Below are positions 10,216-20,461 of a stretch of DNA of 53,383 nucleotides, piece after piece. Position 1 is the first letter of the stretch. Every line of letters starts with the position of its first letter. This DNA comes from Escherichia phage FXie-2024a. The notes below the pieces were generated by a model, which was not told where the DNA came from, did no database searches, and saw only the letters and a list, made by a program, of their open reading frames with translations. The DNA is taken from the sequence record PP107930.1; one strand, 5' to 3'. A program made the translations under genes and the position numbers.

Positions 10216-11309
10216 TAGAATGACTCCATAGCCATGCCACTATTGGCATACATTTCTTGCCACGCAGCCTCTTTACCACCCATCATAGTATTGCCACCGA
10301 TTATTGCAGTGATGGAAGTCTTATAATCGATGGCGTGTGTAGAACCTTTATGAACAACTTCCATGATGAAGTATTTATCTTCAACAGCCCAACGAAATAC
10401 TGATTGGTCAGTGTTGAGAACAATGCCATCACCTTGTATTGCAGTCACACCATTTGCAAGGAGTTTTGTTCCCAGAAGTGGTGACACATCCAGAATCATA
10501 CCTGGTTGGTATGTTGGGTTCAGGAAGGTGTTAAGTGTGTAGGTACAGATTCCAGCGACAGGGTTCCCAATAACGGAGTTGGCATCCAACTTGATTGGTT
10601 CACGGTCTTTGGACATTCTGTTTACTGCATCTTTATCCCCAAACGTATCTGGGAATATTTGAATCTCACCAGTGGTTACAGAGAACAGGAGATTGTACTC
10701 TCCTAACATTGCACGAAACTCAATCAAGAATGTATCATGGAACACACGACCACGAGGCATAACTTGATTCATTACTCCATCTTCTACTCCAAACGTGGAA
10801 ATGGTATTAAAGCCATAGTCCAAACACATAGAGCGAATAGCATCCTTCAAGGTTGACCCAGGGGGAATCGCTTTCATTTGGGAGAATTTAGTTGATGCAC
10901 CATACGCTTTCGAAATACAGAATAATTGCGTAACATGTTCAGGGGGCTTTCTATAGCCAACTGCGTTAGTAATTACACCAGAGAAAATCGTAGGTAGTGA
11001 AGTATTTACTTCGATAACATTGCTGGAAGATTCTGACCTTCGGTAGTTCTTAACGCCACCAGAAGAAGCACTACGTTCATCTTCCGCATACCCTGCACGA
11101 ATTTCGATATACATACCTCCGTAGGACTTATCCTGCAAGAACTTAACTTCTTCCAAAGACAAGTTGAACAGAGTTACGTTTGCCGTATCGGCGGGCCACC
11201 CAACAGTAGAGCGAACTTCGAAATCAATTCGATGTGATTTGAATATCGTTTGCACACTTGGGTCATCTTTACGAGAAACAATTATCTCAACTCTGCGCAT
11301 CCACGGCAT
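10215..11309 (-). CDS. Tail protein (hub or late-control-type)
   Basis: 364 aa ORF immediately downstream of the tape measure gene. Confidence 0.4.
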   Translation of the reverse strand: MPWMRRVEIIVSRKDDPSVQTIFKSHRIDFEVRSTVGWPADTANVTLFNLSLEEVKFLQDKSYGGMYIEIRAGYAEDERSASSGGVKNYRRSESSSNVIEVNTSLPTIFSGVITNAVGYRKPPEHVTQLFCISKAYGASTKFSQMKAIPPGSTLKDAIRSMCLDYGFNTISTFGVEDGVMNQVMPRGRVFHDTFLIEFRAMLGEYNLLFSVTTGEIQIFPDTFGDKDAVNRMSKDREPIKLDANSVIGNPVAGICTYTLNTFLNPTYQPGMILDVSPLLGTKLLANGVTAIQGDGIVLNTDQSVFRWAVEDKYFIMEVVHKGSTHAIDYKTSITAIIGGNTMMGGKEAAWQEMYANSGMAMESF

Positions 11310-11382
11310 TGCGATATACCTATTGAAATTAATACACGTTCAACTAATGTAAAAGGAAAGCTGGGGATTTCTCCCCAACTCC

Positions 11383-14300
11383 TTATCTTCTTTGTTGCGC
11401 ACCATTGTGCATGTTCATTTGCTGAGTCACAGTCTGACCGCCAGGAACAGCTACAGTGGCAGATGCAGTTTGGTTATTAACCTTCGCATCAATCTTCACG
11501 TTAACAGTGGTTTGAGTTTGACCATAGGAGATACCATTCCGTGTGAATCCAGTCGCACCTTCATCCAAGCCTTTGGAAGACTTAGCCCAATCACGATACG
11601 CTTTAACACGTTTCTGAGCCTGAGCCGGGACAGCACTGAGCCAATCCATTCCAAACTTATCGACAGCCTTGTCAACAGTTCCAGCACCATCCGTATAAGC
11701 AGCCATCGCTTTCTCATGGTCGCCACCGAATCGTTTATACATTGCATCATAGTATTCACGACCAACACGAGCATCCTCTTTAGGACTTCCGTCAGAAGGT
11801 TTGATTCCATAACCTGGGTCACGGGCAGTAGAAGGAAGAACCTGCATGATTCCACGAGCACCAGTTGGGCTTGTAACTCGTGTACCATCCTTGTTATATT
11901 CCTTGCCACCAGACTCTTCACCAGCAATGAAATCATAAACGTTTGCAGCAACTTGTCGGGCTTGACTGTAGCCAGAGTTAGCAGCACCAGCAGCAGTGCT
12001 TCCAGCTTCGAACAGTGCAGCACCATGAGATAACACACTTTGTGGCACGTTATACCCTGGCAGAAGCTGTGCGCGCTCCACCTGCAACATTTCTGACTGA
12101 GCCATACCTTCGGCAAAGTCGGAGTTTCTACCGCTTTCTACCACCGAACCTGCTCGCTCATGGCTGTATTCCGTGCGGTCGAAGGCACGGGCCATGCCAT
12201 CCAGCCCAGCCATCTGCGCAGCACCAGCGATACGGGCCTGACTCCAGCCACGTTCCTTGCCTCTTTCCTGCATGATGCGAGCGAGGGCCACAGGGTCGCC
12301 GCCAGTCGAGCGAATATCACCTATGGTGAGCAATCCCCTACTGCCACGAACAATGTTCACAGCGGCGCTGGGGTCGCCGTTAAGCATGGTGTTGTAGGCA
12401 CTATGTGTGGTTTGATTCAAACGGCTAGCTTGCTGGGAGTTTAGCCCCAACATTTCCAAGCCTTGTGACATGGAAGAGTATTCATTTGGATTAGCTACGC
12501 CAGCATCAAGAGATTGACCAATGTAGTCATTCATGAAGCCAGCAGCTTCGTTACCAATCTGAATTGCACCAATACCAACTGCCGCCATACGTCCAGCAGG
12601 AGTTGCCATCAATGCTTGCATCACACCGTTTGATGCAGAAGATAAACTCCCACCAGCGATGCCAGAAGCAAGTGCACCACCTGCCTTTCCGAAGTCATCA
12701 CTAAAGTTTCCACCCGCCGAGAAATATCCTCGACCACCGCCGCCACCACTGCCGCCACCATTTGCTGCATCGAAACGTTCCTGATTCCAACCAACAGTGG
12801 AATCTTGTTTGCCATCGAAATCGGCATCTACGCCAGAGATACCTTTCTGTTTGTTCTCTTCCTGAGCAGCTAAGATACCACGCTTAACAGAAAGGGCCAT
12901 TGAGTCATTACTTCCATCACCAACTGTGGCCGGGAAGTTCTGCTCGTGCATAACAAAGTTTGGTTTGTAGTCAGAAGTGCCGCCAGGATTTGGGTCGAAA
13001 GAAGAACGAGAACCAATGAATGGGTCTTCTGACGTACCAGCAGCAGGACTAAACCCACGATTAGAGCGTTGCTTAACATCCTTCCAGATGCCATCACCCA
13101 TCACTGCACTACGAGCACCAGCGACAAGTTCTTCTCGGTCTAGTGAAGGATTGTTTCTAACAAACTCTCGCCCAGCATCAAGGCGACCAAGCACAGAATC
13201 AAGACGATTTCGGTTTCTTTCGTACCATCCTTCGTCTTTCTCAATCCATTGCGAACGGGTTTCGTTGTTGATAGTTTGAGAGAACAGAGCGCGGTTACGA
13301 CCAGATACATGCATACCAAATTGAACTTGGTCCATGTAGTCTGGATGGTCGCCACTAAGAAGGTCAGCAAACTTACCAGCCCTTTGCGGATTCTTATGCT
13401 CCCAAATGGCGTCATCACCAATAAGGCCGTCAGGAGAATACATAAAGGCGGGATAGTTATCATTTGTTATAGCGCCAGTTTGAGCAATATTGAATCCAAA
13501 TTCCTTACTTACGCGAGCGCGTGCTTCTTCTTCCGTTCTGTGACCATCAGCGAACATCTTCTTAGTGAAATCGCTTGGCTCTTTACTTCTGGATATTCCA
13601 AGTTTGTCAACCATCCCAGCCCAAGGTCGGGTGTATGCGTTGTTACCAAGGAACGTACCAACTGTAGAGCCAGTTACGTCGTACTGCTTACGAAAGTCTA
13701 ACCACTCTTGACTACCTTGCTCAAGGTCATGGAACTTGACTGGGGACTCGGACTTTCCAGTTCCGTAGTCTGATACATCCCTGAATCCTGCACTATCCAT
13801 GTTTGCAATCGCAAGTTCTTCACGACGCATTCTAGCAGAGTTCCAGTTGGTTGCTTCACCAAGTTGTGCAGTAAACTCTGTAGAAGTTGATTGTGCATCC
13901 TTAACAATCTTCTGTGACGCAGACTTCATTTCTGGAATGCGAATAGGTTCAGCATCCATTTTGTCATAAGTGTTTTCGAGAATTGTTCGAACACTTGATG
14001 CAGAATATGAAGGTTCGTCAGCAAGCTCTGATTTAAGGTTGGCATACCCACTACGAGCTTCTTCCAAATCTGCATAACGAGTAGCAGAATCCATAATCAT
14101 GTCACGGTCAGATACTTCATGACGCGTGTTGTTCATTCCGGTTTTGCCAGAGTAAACTTTAGCAGCAGACTTAACAGCCTCGCTGATAGATGAATACAAT
14201 GCCTTGCTTGGTTCGCTCCAGCCAGTGCCACCAGTTAATGATGCAGTGAGTGAGTATTCTGGATTGATGCCAGAACCATAAGAACCAAGAGGTAAGCCAG

Positions 14301-15102
14301 ACGCGTTAAGAGGTTGGCGAGGATGTGAGATGCCAGAAACAATTGTCGGAGAACCAATTTGCGGAAGTGCATCCATGTATGAAATATGTGGAGCCGATTT
14401 ATTTCCTACATTAGAGGCAGCGGTATACCCAATCTCCTTAAAGGAGGGAGGCAACTCTTGTTCCAGACGTTTGGCAACTCGACTAATGTCTCTTGCGTAT
14501 AATTCATGACTTGCATATTTCTCACGGTCAACATACATGTGGGCCATGTAGTTATAAGAGTCAGCAATGTTTCCACGGTTGGTGGAGTATTCTGCCATAA
14601 TATCACCAGTGTAATGTCCTGGGATTTCCGGCATAATATCTTGATGCCCTTGCAAAGTATCTCGCATATAGGCATTAAGCATGTTGAAGTTGCCTTGCGG
14701 CAAGTCTGGATTGGCTTTCGGCATGTGCATCCACACATCATCTGTGTTGACACCAAGCCTCTCCATATATGCATGAACTGCTTCTACATGGTGTTGCGGA
14801 CCGTTCATTGCATTGTGAAACGCTTCTGTGTAACCAGCGCTTGAAAGCATCTGAGCTACATGAGCAGCGTCTGAAATCATGGATGAATCACCAAAAGATT
14901 CTGTATAAACTTCACCAGTGTCTTCGAATGTTCCACCCATTAATTCTGCATTTGTTTCCATCCATCCAGAAGCAGCACTCGCACTAAGTTGTTGAACCAT
15001 GTGCGACTTCTTCATACCAGCATGGAAAGTCAGACCGCTCTGTGCACCAAGAGCAATTAACTCGCTAGTGCCTAACTTCATTAAATCTTTTTGATTAGCC
15101 AT
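11383..15102 (-). CDS. Tail tape measure protein with lytic transglycosylase domain
   Basis: 1239 aa; largest ORF; SLT-like segment GIMQVLPSTARDPGYGIK near the N-terminus; Gly-rich linker; located after sheath, tube and chaperone. Confidence 0.7.
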   Translation of the reverse strand: MANQKDLMKLGTSELIALGAQSGLTFHAGMKKSHMVQQLSASAASGWMETNAELMGGTFEDTGEVYTESFGDSSMISDAAHVAQMLSSAGYTEAFHNAMNGPQHHVEAVHAYMERLGVNTDDVWMHMPKANPDLPQGNFNMLNAYMRDTLQGHQDIMPEIPGHYTGDIMAEYSTNRGNIADSYNYMAHMYVDREKYASHELYARDISRVAKRLEQELPPSFKEIGYTAASNVGNKSAPHISYMDALPQIGSPTIVSGISHPRQPLNASGLPLGSYGSGINPEYSLTASLTGGTGWSEPSKALYSSISEAVKSAAKVYSGKTGMNNTRHEVSDRDMIMDSATRYADLEEARSGYANLKSELADEPSYSASSVRTILENTYDKMDAEPIRIPEMKSASQKIVKDAQSTSTEFTAQLGEATNWNSARMRREELAIANMDSAGFRDVSDYGTGKSESPVKFHDLEQGSQEWLDFRKQYDVTGSTVGTFLGNNAYTRPWAGMVDKLGISRSKEPSDFTKKMFADGHRTEEEARARVSKEFGFNIAQTGAITNDNYPAFMYSPDGLIGDDAIWEHKNPQRAGKFADLLSGDHPDYMDQVQFGMHVSGRNRALFSQTINNETRSQWIEKDEGWYERNRNRLDSVLGRLDAGREFVRNNPSLDREELVAGARSAVMGDGIWKDVKQRSNRGFSPAAGTSEDPFIGSRSSFDPNPGGTSDYKPNFVMHEQNFPATVGDGSNDSMALSVKRGILAAQEENKQKGISGVDADFDGKQDSTVGWNQERFDAANGGGSGGGGGRGYFSAGGNFSDDFGKAGGALASGIAGGSLSSASNGVMQALMATPAGRMAAVGIGAIQIGNEAAGFMNDYIGQSLDAGVANPNEYSSMSQGLEMLGLNSQQASRLNQTTHSAYNTMLNGDPSAAVNIVRGSRGLLTIGDIRSTGGDPVALARIMQERGKERGWSQARIAGAAQMAGLDGMARAFDRTEYSHERAGSVVESGRNSDFAEGMAQSEMLQVERAQLLPGYNVPQSVLSHGAALFEAGSTAAGAANSGYSQARQVAANVYDFIAGEESGGKEYNKDGTRVTSPTGARGIMQVLPSTARDPGYGIKPSDGSPKEDARVGREYYDAMYKRFGGDHEKAMAAYTDGAGTVDKAVDKFGMDWLSAVPAQAQKRVKAYRDWAKSSKGLDEGATGFTRNGISYGQTQTTVNVKIDAKVNNQTASATVAVPGGQTVTQQMNMHNGAQQRR

Positions 15103-15270
15103 TGTCTTCTTCTACTGGTTCGAGTTTCTTACGCAAATCGAGAATGTCATGGAATAACAACAAATCTATTAAAGAATAAGTTCCATCTTGTAACTCACGA
15201 AGAGTACAGAGGGAACTATCTTCAATAATAGGACGATGCAGAAAATACTTTATGTCTGGGAACAGGGATA

Positions 15271-15729
15271 CTAAACTGTCTCCGGACTCGAATTCTTCTG
15301 CTCTGCCAGCTTGGATGCTTCCTCCGCCTCCAACCGTCTCTGTTCGTTGATTTCGAGCCCTTGCTTGAAAAAATCAAGGAAGTTTGCTTCAAGAACAAAT
15401 GCAAAGACGTGGCAAGATAACATTAATTCGCCGTTGAATTGCATATCATATAAAGCTGGTTTGATTTCTTGACCATCTTTAGACGACTGCATACTGATAA
15501 CACGTTTGAATAATTCTGTGAATACGGTATGCTCTACTTGCTGCATCAGGTAGATAATATCAGCGAAGTTATATTTGCCTTCGATGAATGGAAATACCCG
15601 AGAGCCAATCTTGCTTACCAACTCCGCGTGAAGAGACAGTGCAGCCGAAGCCGACAATTGTCGAACAACGACTAGCACTGGTTCACCTTTGGAGTTTGTG
15701 AATTCACGTTGTAGCAATTCACAAGCCAT
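15271..15729 (-). CDS. Tail assembly chaperone (putative)
   Basis: 152 aa acidic protein between the tube and tape measure genes. Confidence 0.4.
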   Translation of the reverse strand: MACELLQREFTNSKGEPVLVVVRQLSASAALSLHAELVSKIGSRVFPFIEGKYNFADIIYLMQQVEHTVFTELFKRVISMQSSKDGQEIKPALYDMQFNGELMLSCHVFAFVLEANFLDFFKQGLEINEQRRLEAEEASKLAEQKNSSPETV

Positions 15730-15744
15730 GATTACTCCAAATAA

Positions 15745-16200
15745 TTAAACGCCAATTTCAGGATAAGAACCAGTCTTAATCTGAAGACGTTCTACAAAGA
15801 TAGCCCACACGTTAGACGTGAAGCTAACGCCACGCTGGATAGCGGGCTGTTGCAGAATTGCGCCGTTAACACCGTTAACAAGAACATCACCCATCTTGTC
15901 AACAATCTGAATCTGGAGCGGAGTCCAAAGAGATTTGTTGCCAGATAAGCCAGTTGCTTGAGTGAGCTGAGCACGGTTGTACAGAATCTCGTTCCAGTCT
16001 GCGGTTTGCAGAAGAGGGAACGTGATAGTACCAGACAAGTCAGCCGTGGTAGCCACAGCCAACTTACCATATGCATCAATCACTGGCAGGTGTTGAGGTG
16101 CGTTACGACGAGCAGTGATGATGGCATTACCAGAAGTAAAACCATCTACACGAGCACCGTCGATAATGAGGTCGGTATTATAGAAAGAATATTGTTTCAC
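15745..16200 (-). CDS. Tail tube protein
   Basis: 151 aa ORF immediately downstream of the sheath-like gene. Confidence 0.5.
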   Translation of the reverse strand: MKQYSFYNTDLIIDGARVDGFTSGNAIITARRNAPQHLPVIDAYGKLAVATTADLSGTITFPLLQTADWNEILYNRAQLTQATGLSGNKSLWTPLQIQIVDKMGDVLVNGVNGAILQQPAIQRGVSFTSNVWAIFVERLQIKTGSYPEIGV

Positions 16201-16211
16201 TTATCGCACCC

Positions 16212-17660
16212 TTACTGAACGAAGTTGCCGGAGATAACTGCACCCTGCAATGCGCCAGAGCCAATTGCAATGAAGGAAGTACCTTCCCAGATTCGAGCAC
16301 CTTTCTGCGACTGCATCAGTGCCAAATCGGTAGACAATACTTTGTAACCATCTGCGTAGAAGGTTCCTTCGTTGTCATAACCTGGGGCGATTAAGCCATT
16401 GGTTACAGCCAGTTCCAGTGCCAGAGTTACTTGCTGGTTGACCAGAGCAACACCAGTGTCCGTCCAAGGAATCTTGGTAGTGGAGGTGTAGAACAGATTG
16501 AACACGTTCGCGCGAATCTTAGCAGTCAGCCAAGACACACCCTGAACAGTATCGAACCAAGTACCGTCAGCCATTTTGCCGTTGTAGAACATAGTGTTCC
16601 CACCAACGTTGATGAATGCGTTACCATTTACACGTTCGAGAGCAGCAAGCTGGTTCGGCGACAGGTCAGCAGTCTTGATAGCCGGACCTTGTTTGAATGC
16701 CAGAACAAGCGCAGAGTTTGCAACGTTAAAGTTGACAGTCGATGCACGACCCAGGATAGAGATTTCTGGATACTCGTCACCATTATCAGATGCATCATAA
16801 ACCAGCAGAGTACGCTGGAGGTTCTGTTCTTTGGCACGCTTGAAGCTGGAGTCTGCGCCAACAACAAGAATGTTCGGGTCATTATCGGCCCAACCAAACA
16901 CCTTCTCGTTTGCTTCTGCCCACTTAGCCACAGTCATCTGGTTATCGCCTGCAGCACTGCCGCGATATTTGCGGTCGATAGCTACGAAGAAGAAGTCGAA
17001 AGTTGAGTCCAGAATTGCAGACAGGTCAGAGCCGATAGACTTCTCGTCAATACCCTGAACAAATACAGGATTGGAAGCCGAATCCAGCTTGAATGCAGAA
17101 GCAGCAGAACCATACACACCACCGATTGAAGAGGTGCTTCCAGTGCTCATCGCAGAAATCTTGAACGTACCAGTGGTCTGGGACATAGTTGCTTCAATAC
17201 CAGCAGTTGCAAATGCAGCATTGACCATTGAGGCAACAGCATTAAAGTCGTTGGCAGAAGAGAAGTTGATAGGTGCAGTGCTTAAGTCTTTGCCATCAAT
17301 GTTGATAGAGATGACACCAGAAGTCAGTGCCTTAATCGTATCAAGGGTTGCAGCAGAGGATGCAGTCACAGTACCGTGAGTTGCAGGAACCGAAGTTTCA
17401 TTGGTAATTGCACCTACCAGGAAATACTTCGGAGTGGGTTTTTGAGAATACCACGCCAAAGCTGCATTATAAATTTCACCAGACGGGAAATCCGCAGACA
17501 CCGCAGCCATGCTCGTATATTGACGAACAGGAACTACTTCAGCAGCAGTCGGTGAAAACTCCTTCGAAAGAAAGAGTAGAGGACCAAAACCTTCCACAGC
17601 AACAGCGTTCGGACTAACCGCGATGTTAACTTGGATGATATCGGAAATTGGAATTGCCAT
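16212..17660 (-). CDS. Tail sheath protein
   Basis: 482 aa; size and position before the tube gene match a contractile sheath. Confidence 0.55.
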   Translation of the reverse strand: MAIPISDIIQVNIAVSPNAVAVEGFGPLLFLSKEFSPTAAEVVPVRQYTSMAAVSADFPSGEIYNAALAWYSQKPTPKYFLVGAITNETSVPATHGTVTASSAATLDTIKALTSGVISINIDGKDLSTAPINFSSANDFNAVASMVNAAFATAGIEATMSQTTGTFKISAMSTGSTSSIGGVYGSAASAFKLDSASNPVFVQGIDEKSIGSDLSAILDSTFDFFFVAIDRKYRGSAAGDNQMTVAKWAEANEKVFGWADNDPNILVVGADSSFKRAKEQNLQRTLLVYDASDNGDEYPEISILGRASTVNFNVANSALVLAFKQGPAIKTADLSPNQLAALERVNGNAFINVGGNTMFYNGKMADGTWFDTVQGVSWLTAKIRANVFNLFYTSTTKIPWTDTGVALVNQQVTLALELAVTNGLIAPGYDNEGTFYADGYKVLSTDLALMQSQKGARIWEGTSFIAIGSGALQGAVISGNFVQ

Positions 17661-18173
17661 TTAGATTCCCTTTATGAGGATGGGTTCGTTGCCATCATAG
17701 AATATGCCGCCAACACTGGCATCAGACATTGTACCGATTGGCATAACATCTTCACGAAGAACATTAAATTTCATTTGGATTCCTTCACGGAATTCCCAAT
17801 TCGTTTCAAGTGTTGTCGAGGCAAGATTCAATTGTGTTTTGTCCAGTGCAGCAAAGCCTTTGCTCTTAAGCATGGCCAGTACATCAGGACGGAAGAAGGA
17901 ATTATCAAACTTCACATACTCACTCCCGCGACGCGAGAAGAGAATATAGAAAGTCAGTATTCGAATTCCTCTTGTTACAAATACTTCCTCGCCATTACGA
18001 ACTTCGATACGAGTTTCATCGAAGCCAGGGTTAACAGATGACGCACATTTAATTGCGGCATAGTTATCGGCAGGTCGAGGTGCGTTTAATTGCATCTCAT
18101 AAGAGAAGCGTGGAATGCCAACGCAAACATCCACAATATCTTTCATTGCCTGAATGTCGTCGTCATAAGTCAT
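17661..18173 (-). CDS. Head-tail joining or tail terminator protein (putative)
   Basis: 170 aa ORF between head and tail modules. Confidence 0.35.
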   Translation of the reverse strand: MTYDDDIQAMKDIVDVCVGIPRFSYEMQLNAPRPADNYAAIKCASSVNPGFDETRIEVRNGEEVFVTRGIRILTFYILFSRRGSEYVKFDNSFFRPDVLAMLKSKGFAALDKTQLNLASTTLETNWEFREGIQMKFNVLREDVMPIGTMSDASVGGIFYDGNEPILIKGI

Positions 18174-18583
18174 TTCTCTAACTCCTTGGCAGCAATTACT
18201 TCATAAAAGCCAGCGGCATTGTAGTCAGAGACTGAGACAACTTTGTAGCGTATGCCGTAGATAATCAACACAGACTTCATCGGCATTTCGGTTCGGGAAT
18301 GTACTTGCATGAATGCTGGTTGGCGTTCACCAATTTCCGTGGCCTTCAATGTTTGACCACTTACACCAGAATCACGGTCGCCGTAAGGTATGGGAGTACA
18401 TCGGATTGGTTTGGCAGGTGCAAAAGTATCTCCTACCCAATTATTCTTATCGTCGTAATGCCCCTCTTGATAAACTTCGAGAAGCATTCGTGTTGTTGTG
18501 TAGCGATTAAATGCTCGACGTTGGTTAATCAAAACTGGAACCCAGGAGAAACCCTCGGCCCAGCAAATGCCATACGCCGCCAT
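18170..18583 (-). CDS. Head-tail connector or neck protein (putative)
   Basis: 137 aa ORF; 4-nt overlap with the downstream gene; true start may be internal. Confidence 0.35.
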   Translation of the reverse strand: MAAYGICWAEGFSWVPVLINQRRAFNRYTTTRMLLEVYQEGHYDDKNNWVGDTFAPAKPIRCTPIPYGDRDSGVSGQTLKATEIGERQPAFMQVHSRTEMPMKSVLIIYGIRYKVVSVSDYNAAGFYEVIAAKELEK

Positions 18584-18918
18584 TGAATGTAACGTTGTCC
18601 GTAGACAGTTGACATGAAATCTGCTTCAACATACGGAATCGTTGAAATGATTCGGTCGCTAAATTCTACCTGTACATCGTCAACATCTGTACGACTTACA
18701 GGCATTGCTGGCATAGCAGCATCACCAGGCATTAGGTCATCAATTGTTGCAGACCAATGCGCTACCAGTGATGCCATTGCAGGGTCATAAAACCCACACC
18801 AACGCGATTCGATTGTACCCATTAGAAGTTTTGCATCTTCAACTAAGATATCAAAACGGTCTTGGGTCATGTCAGCCATTGCCGGATAACGCTTAACCAA
18901 ATCGGTTAGTGTTATCAT
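18529..18918 (-). CDS. Head-tail adaptor protein (putative)
   Basis: 129 aa ORF downstream of the head genes. Confidence 0.35.
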   Translation of the reverse strand: MITLTDLVKRYPAMADMTQDRFDILVEDAKLLMGTIESRWCGFYDPAMASLVAHWSATIDDLMPGDAAMPAMPVSRTDVDDVQVEFSDRIISTIPYVEADFMSTVYGQRYIQWRRMAFAGPRVSPGFQF

Positions 18919-19359
18919 TTACGCCAACTTATCGTAGAGGGCCAGTTTAGCATCGTCGGACATGTCTTTAGTCGAGATACCATTTTCAGCGAGAACTTTC
19001 TCAACTTCTGGCATACCAACTTTAGCACGCTCAACAATAGAAAGAGTACCTTTCTTGATTGCTTCGAGGACCAGGTTTACTTTACGAGTTTCACCAGTAT
19101 TGTAATACTCTTTAATTACAAGAGCTTCCTTACCAGTCTTAACATCAGCACCGATGTTGGAGTCATCCAGCGGAACTACTTCTTCACGCATTACTTCAAC
19201 TTCAGTTACAGAAGAGGTCAGTGCTTTATACACTGGGTCATCCAGTTCTACAGTAGCGCCACCAGGAATGTGTACGAAATCCAGTACAGCCTGTCCAGCC
19301 TTGTCTTTCTTGTAGAAGAAGAATTGAAGGTTACGTGTTTCGTTGTTCTTAATCTGCAT
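18919..19359 (-). CDS. Hypothetical head/neck structural protein
   Basis: 146 aa ORF immediately after the capsid gene. Confidence 0.35.
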   Translation of the reverse strand: MQIKNNETRNLQFFFYKKDKAGQAVLDFVHIPGGATVELDDPVYKALTSSVTEVEVMREEVVPLDDSNIGADVKTGKEALVIKEYYNTGETRKVNLVLEAIKKGTLSIVERAKVGMPEVEKVLAENGISTKDMSDDAKLALYDKLA

Positions 19360-19370
19360 TACTATTTCTC

Positions 19371-19390
19371 TTAGAGTTGTGGGCGAGATT
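19371..19390 (-). terminator. GC-rich hairpin downstream of capsid gene
   Basis: GGGCGAGATTGCTCCCGCCC lies 18 nt after the capsid stop; no clear U-run, so possibly a stabilizer or attenuator. Confidence 0.3.
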
Positions 19391-19407
19391 GCTCCCGCCC
19401 TGATTTA

Positions 19408-20418
19408 TTAGATGCCGGAGTTGATGCTGATTGCAGCCGGATACATGGTCTGGAAGCCAGCGAAACGACCACGGCCAGGGACTTCATAAATCAGACCGTG
19501 CAGCTGAACTGGTTGCCAAGTCAGAGCCAGCGGCTCACGCAGACGGAAAGTACGGTTGCCCATTGCTTGACGGCATACAACTACGAAGCAGTCAGAACCT
19601 GCATCACCATGACCTTTAATCGCGTTCAGACCTTTAATCTTCTCGCGGGAGTTGATGAACTGGTTGTTGTCAATGAAGAACTGACCAATCGTCTTGTCAG
19701 ACTGTACAGAACGTGCAGTGTTGAAGATGTACTGTTCATGTTCAACAGGCATCCAGATTTCGTCAGGACGCATAATCTTCAGGGTAGAAGCATACATTGC
19801 AGACACAGCAGTGGTCAGGTCAGCAATAACTTCGGTCGGAGTCTTGTCAACCCACTTGGTAGAACCGCCAACAGCAGCAGCAGCTACAGTAGCTTTGGTA
19901 ATGTCTGGATTCTCGAAGAAGCCAACGAAGCCGTTAGCAGCATCGCCGTACCATGCAGCAGAGTTTACATACTGTTCGTAACCACGGATAGCAGCGTTTG
20001 CTTTACGAGTTTCCAGCGGCAGACCAGTTACAGCAGCAGCGGCAACTTCGTCAATGTCGTAGTCGAATGCAGTACCAACTGACTTAACAGTTACGCTGTA
20101 TTCTTTACCAGAAATGCTGGACTTCGGCAGGTCGGTTGCACGAGCGTTGATTACCTGTGCTTTACCAACATGGTTGTATGAACGGTAGGTCAGGGTGTTA
20201 ACACCTGGGCCGCCAGTTGTATCTACGCCGAAAGCTGCACGAGCTTCCAGTTCAGGATACAGGGTGTCGTAAGTTTGAGCTTCAATGAACTCAAGCTGAC
20301 GTTGAAAGAACACTGCGTCGTCGTCATTCAAAACAACGGTGCCAGAGTCCTGGATACGGGTGATGGCATCATTCAGTTCAAATTCAGAACCGTCGGCCAG
20401 TTTAATCATCTTTGGCAT
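19408..20418 (-). CDS. Major capsid protein
   Basis: 336 aa; size and position after scaffold and decoration-like genes. Confidence 0.6.
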   Translation of the reverse strand: MPKMIKLADGSEFELNDAITRIQDSGTVVLNDDDAVFFQRQLEFIEAQTYDTLYPELEARAAFGVDTTGGPGVNTLTYRSYNHVGKAQVINARATDLPKSSISGKEYSVTVKSVGTAFDYDIDEVAAAAVTGLPLETRKANAAIRGYEQYVNSAAWYGDAANGFVGFFENPDITKATVAAAAVGGSTKWVDKTPTEVIADLTTAVSAMYASTLKIMRPDEIWMPVEHEQYIFNTARSVQSDKTIGQFFIDNNQFINSREKIKGLNAIKGHGDAGSDCFVVVCRQAMGNRTFRLREPLALTWQPVQLHGLIYEVPGRGRFAGFQTMYPAAISINSGI

Positions 20419-20461
20419 TAAATTATTCCATTAGGCGCAGATTATTCTACGCCAATTAAAC

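Noticed and set aside
15102-15404. Possible tail-chaperone frameshift (lambda G-T style) using the 60-aa ORF 15222..15404
   Set aside because: That ORF is in the +1 frame, extends only about 16 codons past the chaperone stop, is basic and low-complexity, and no slippery heptamer was seen.
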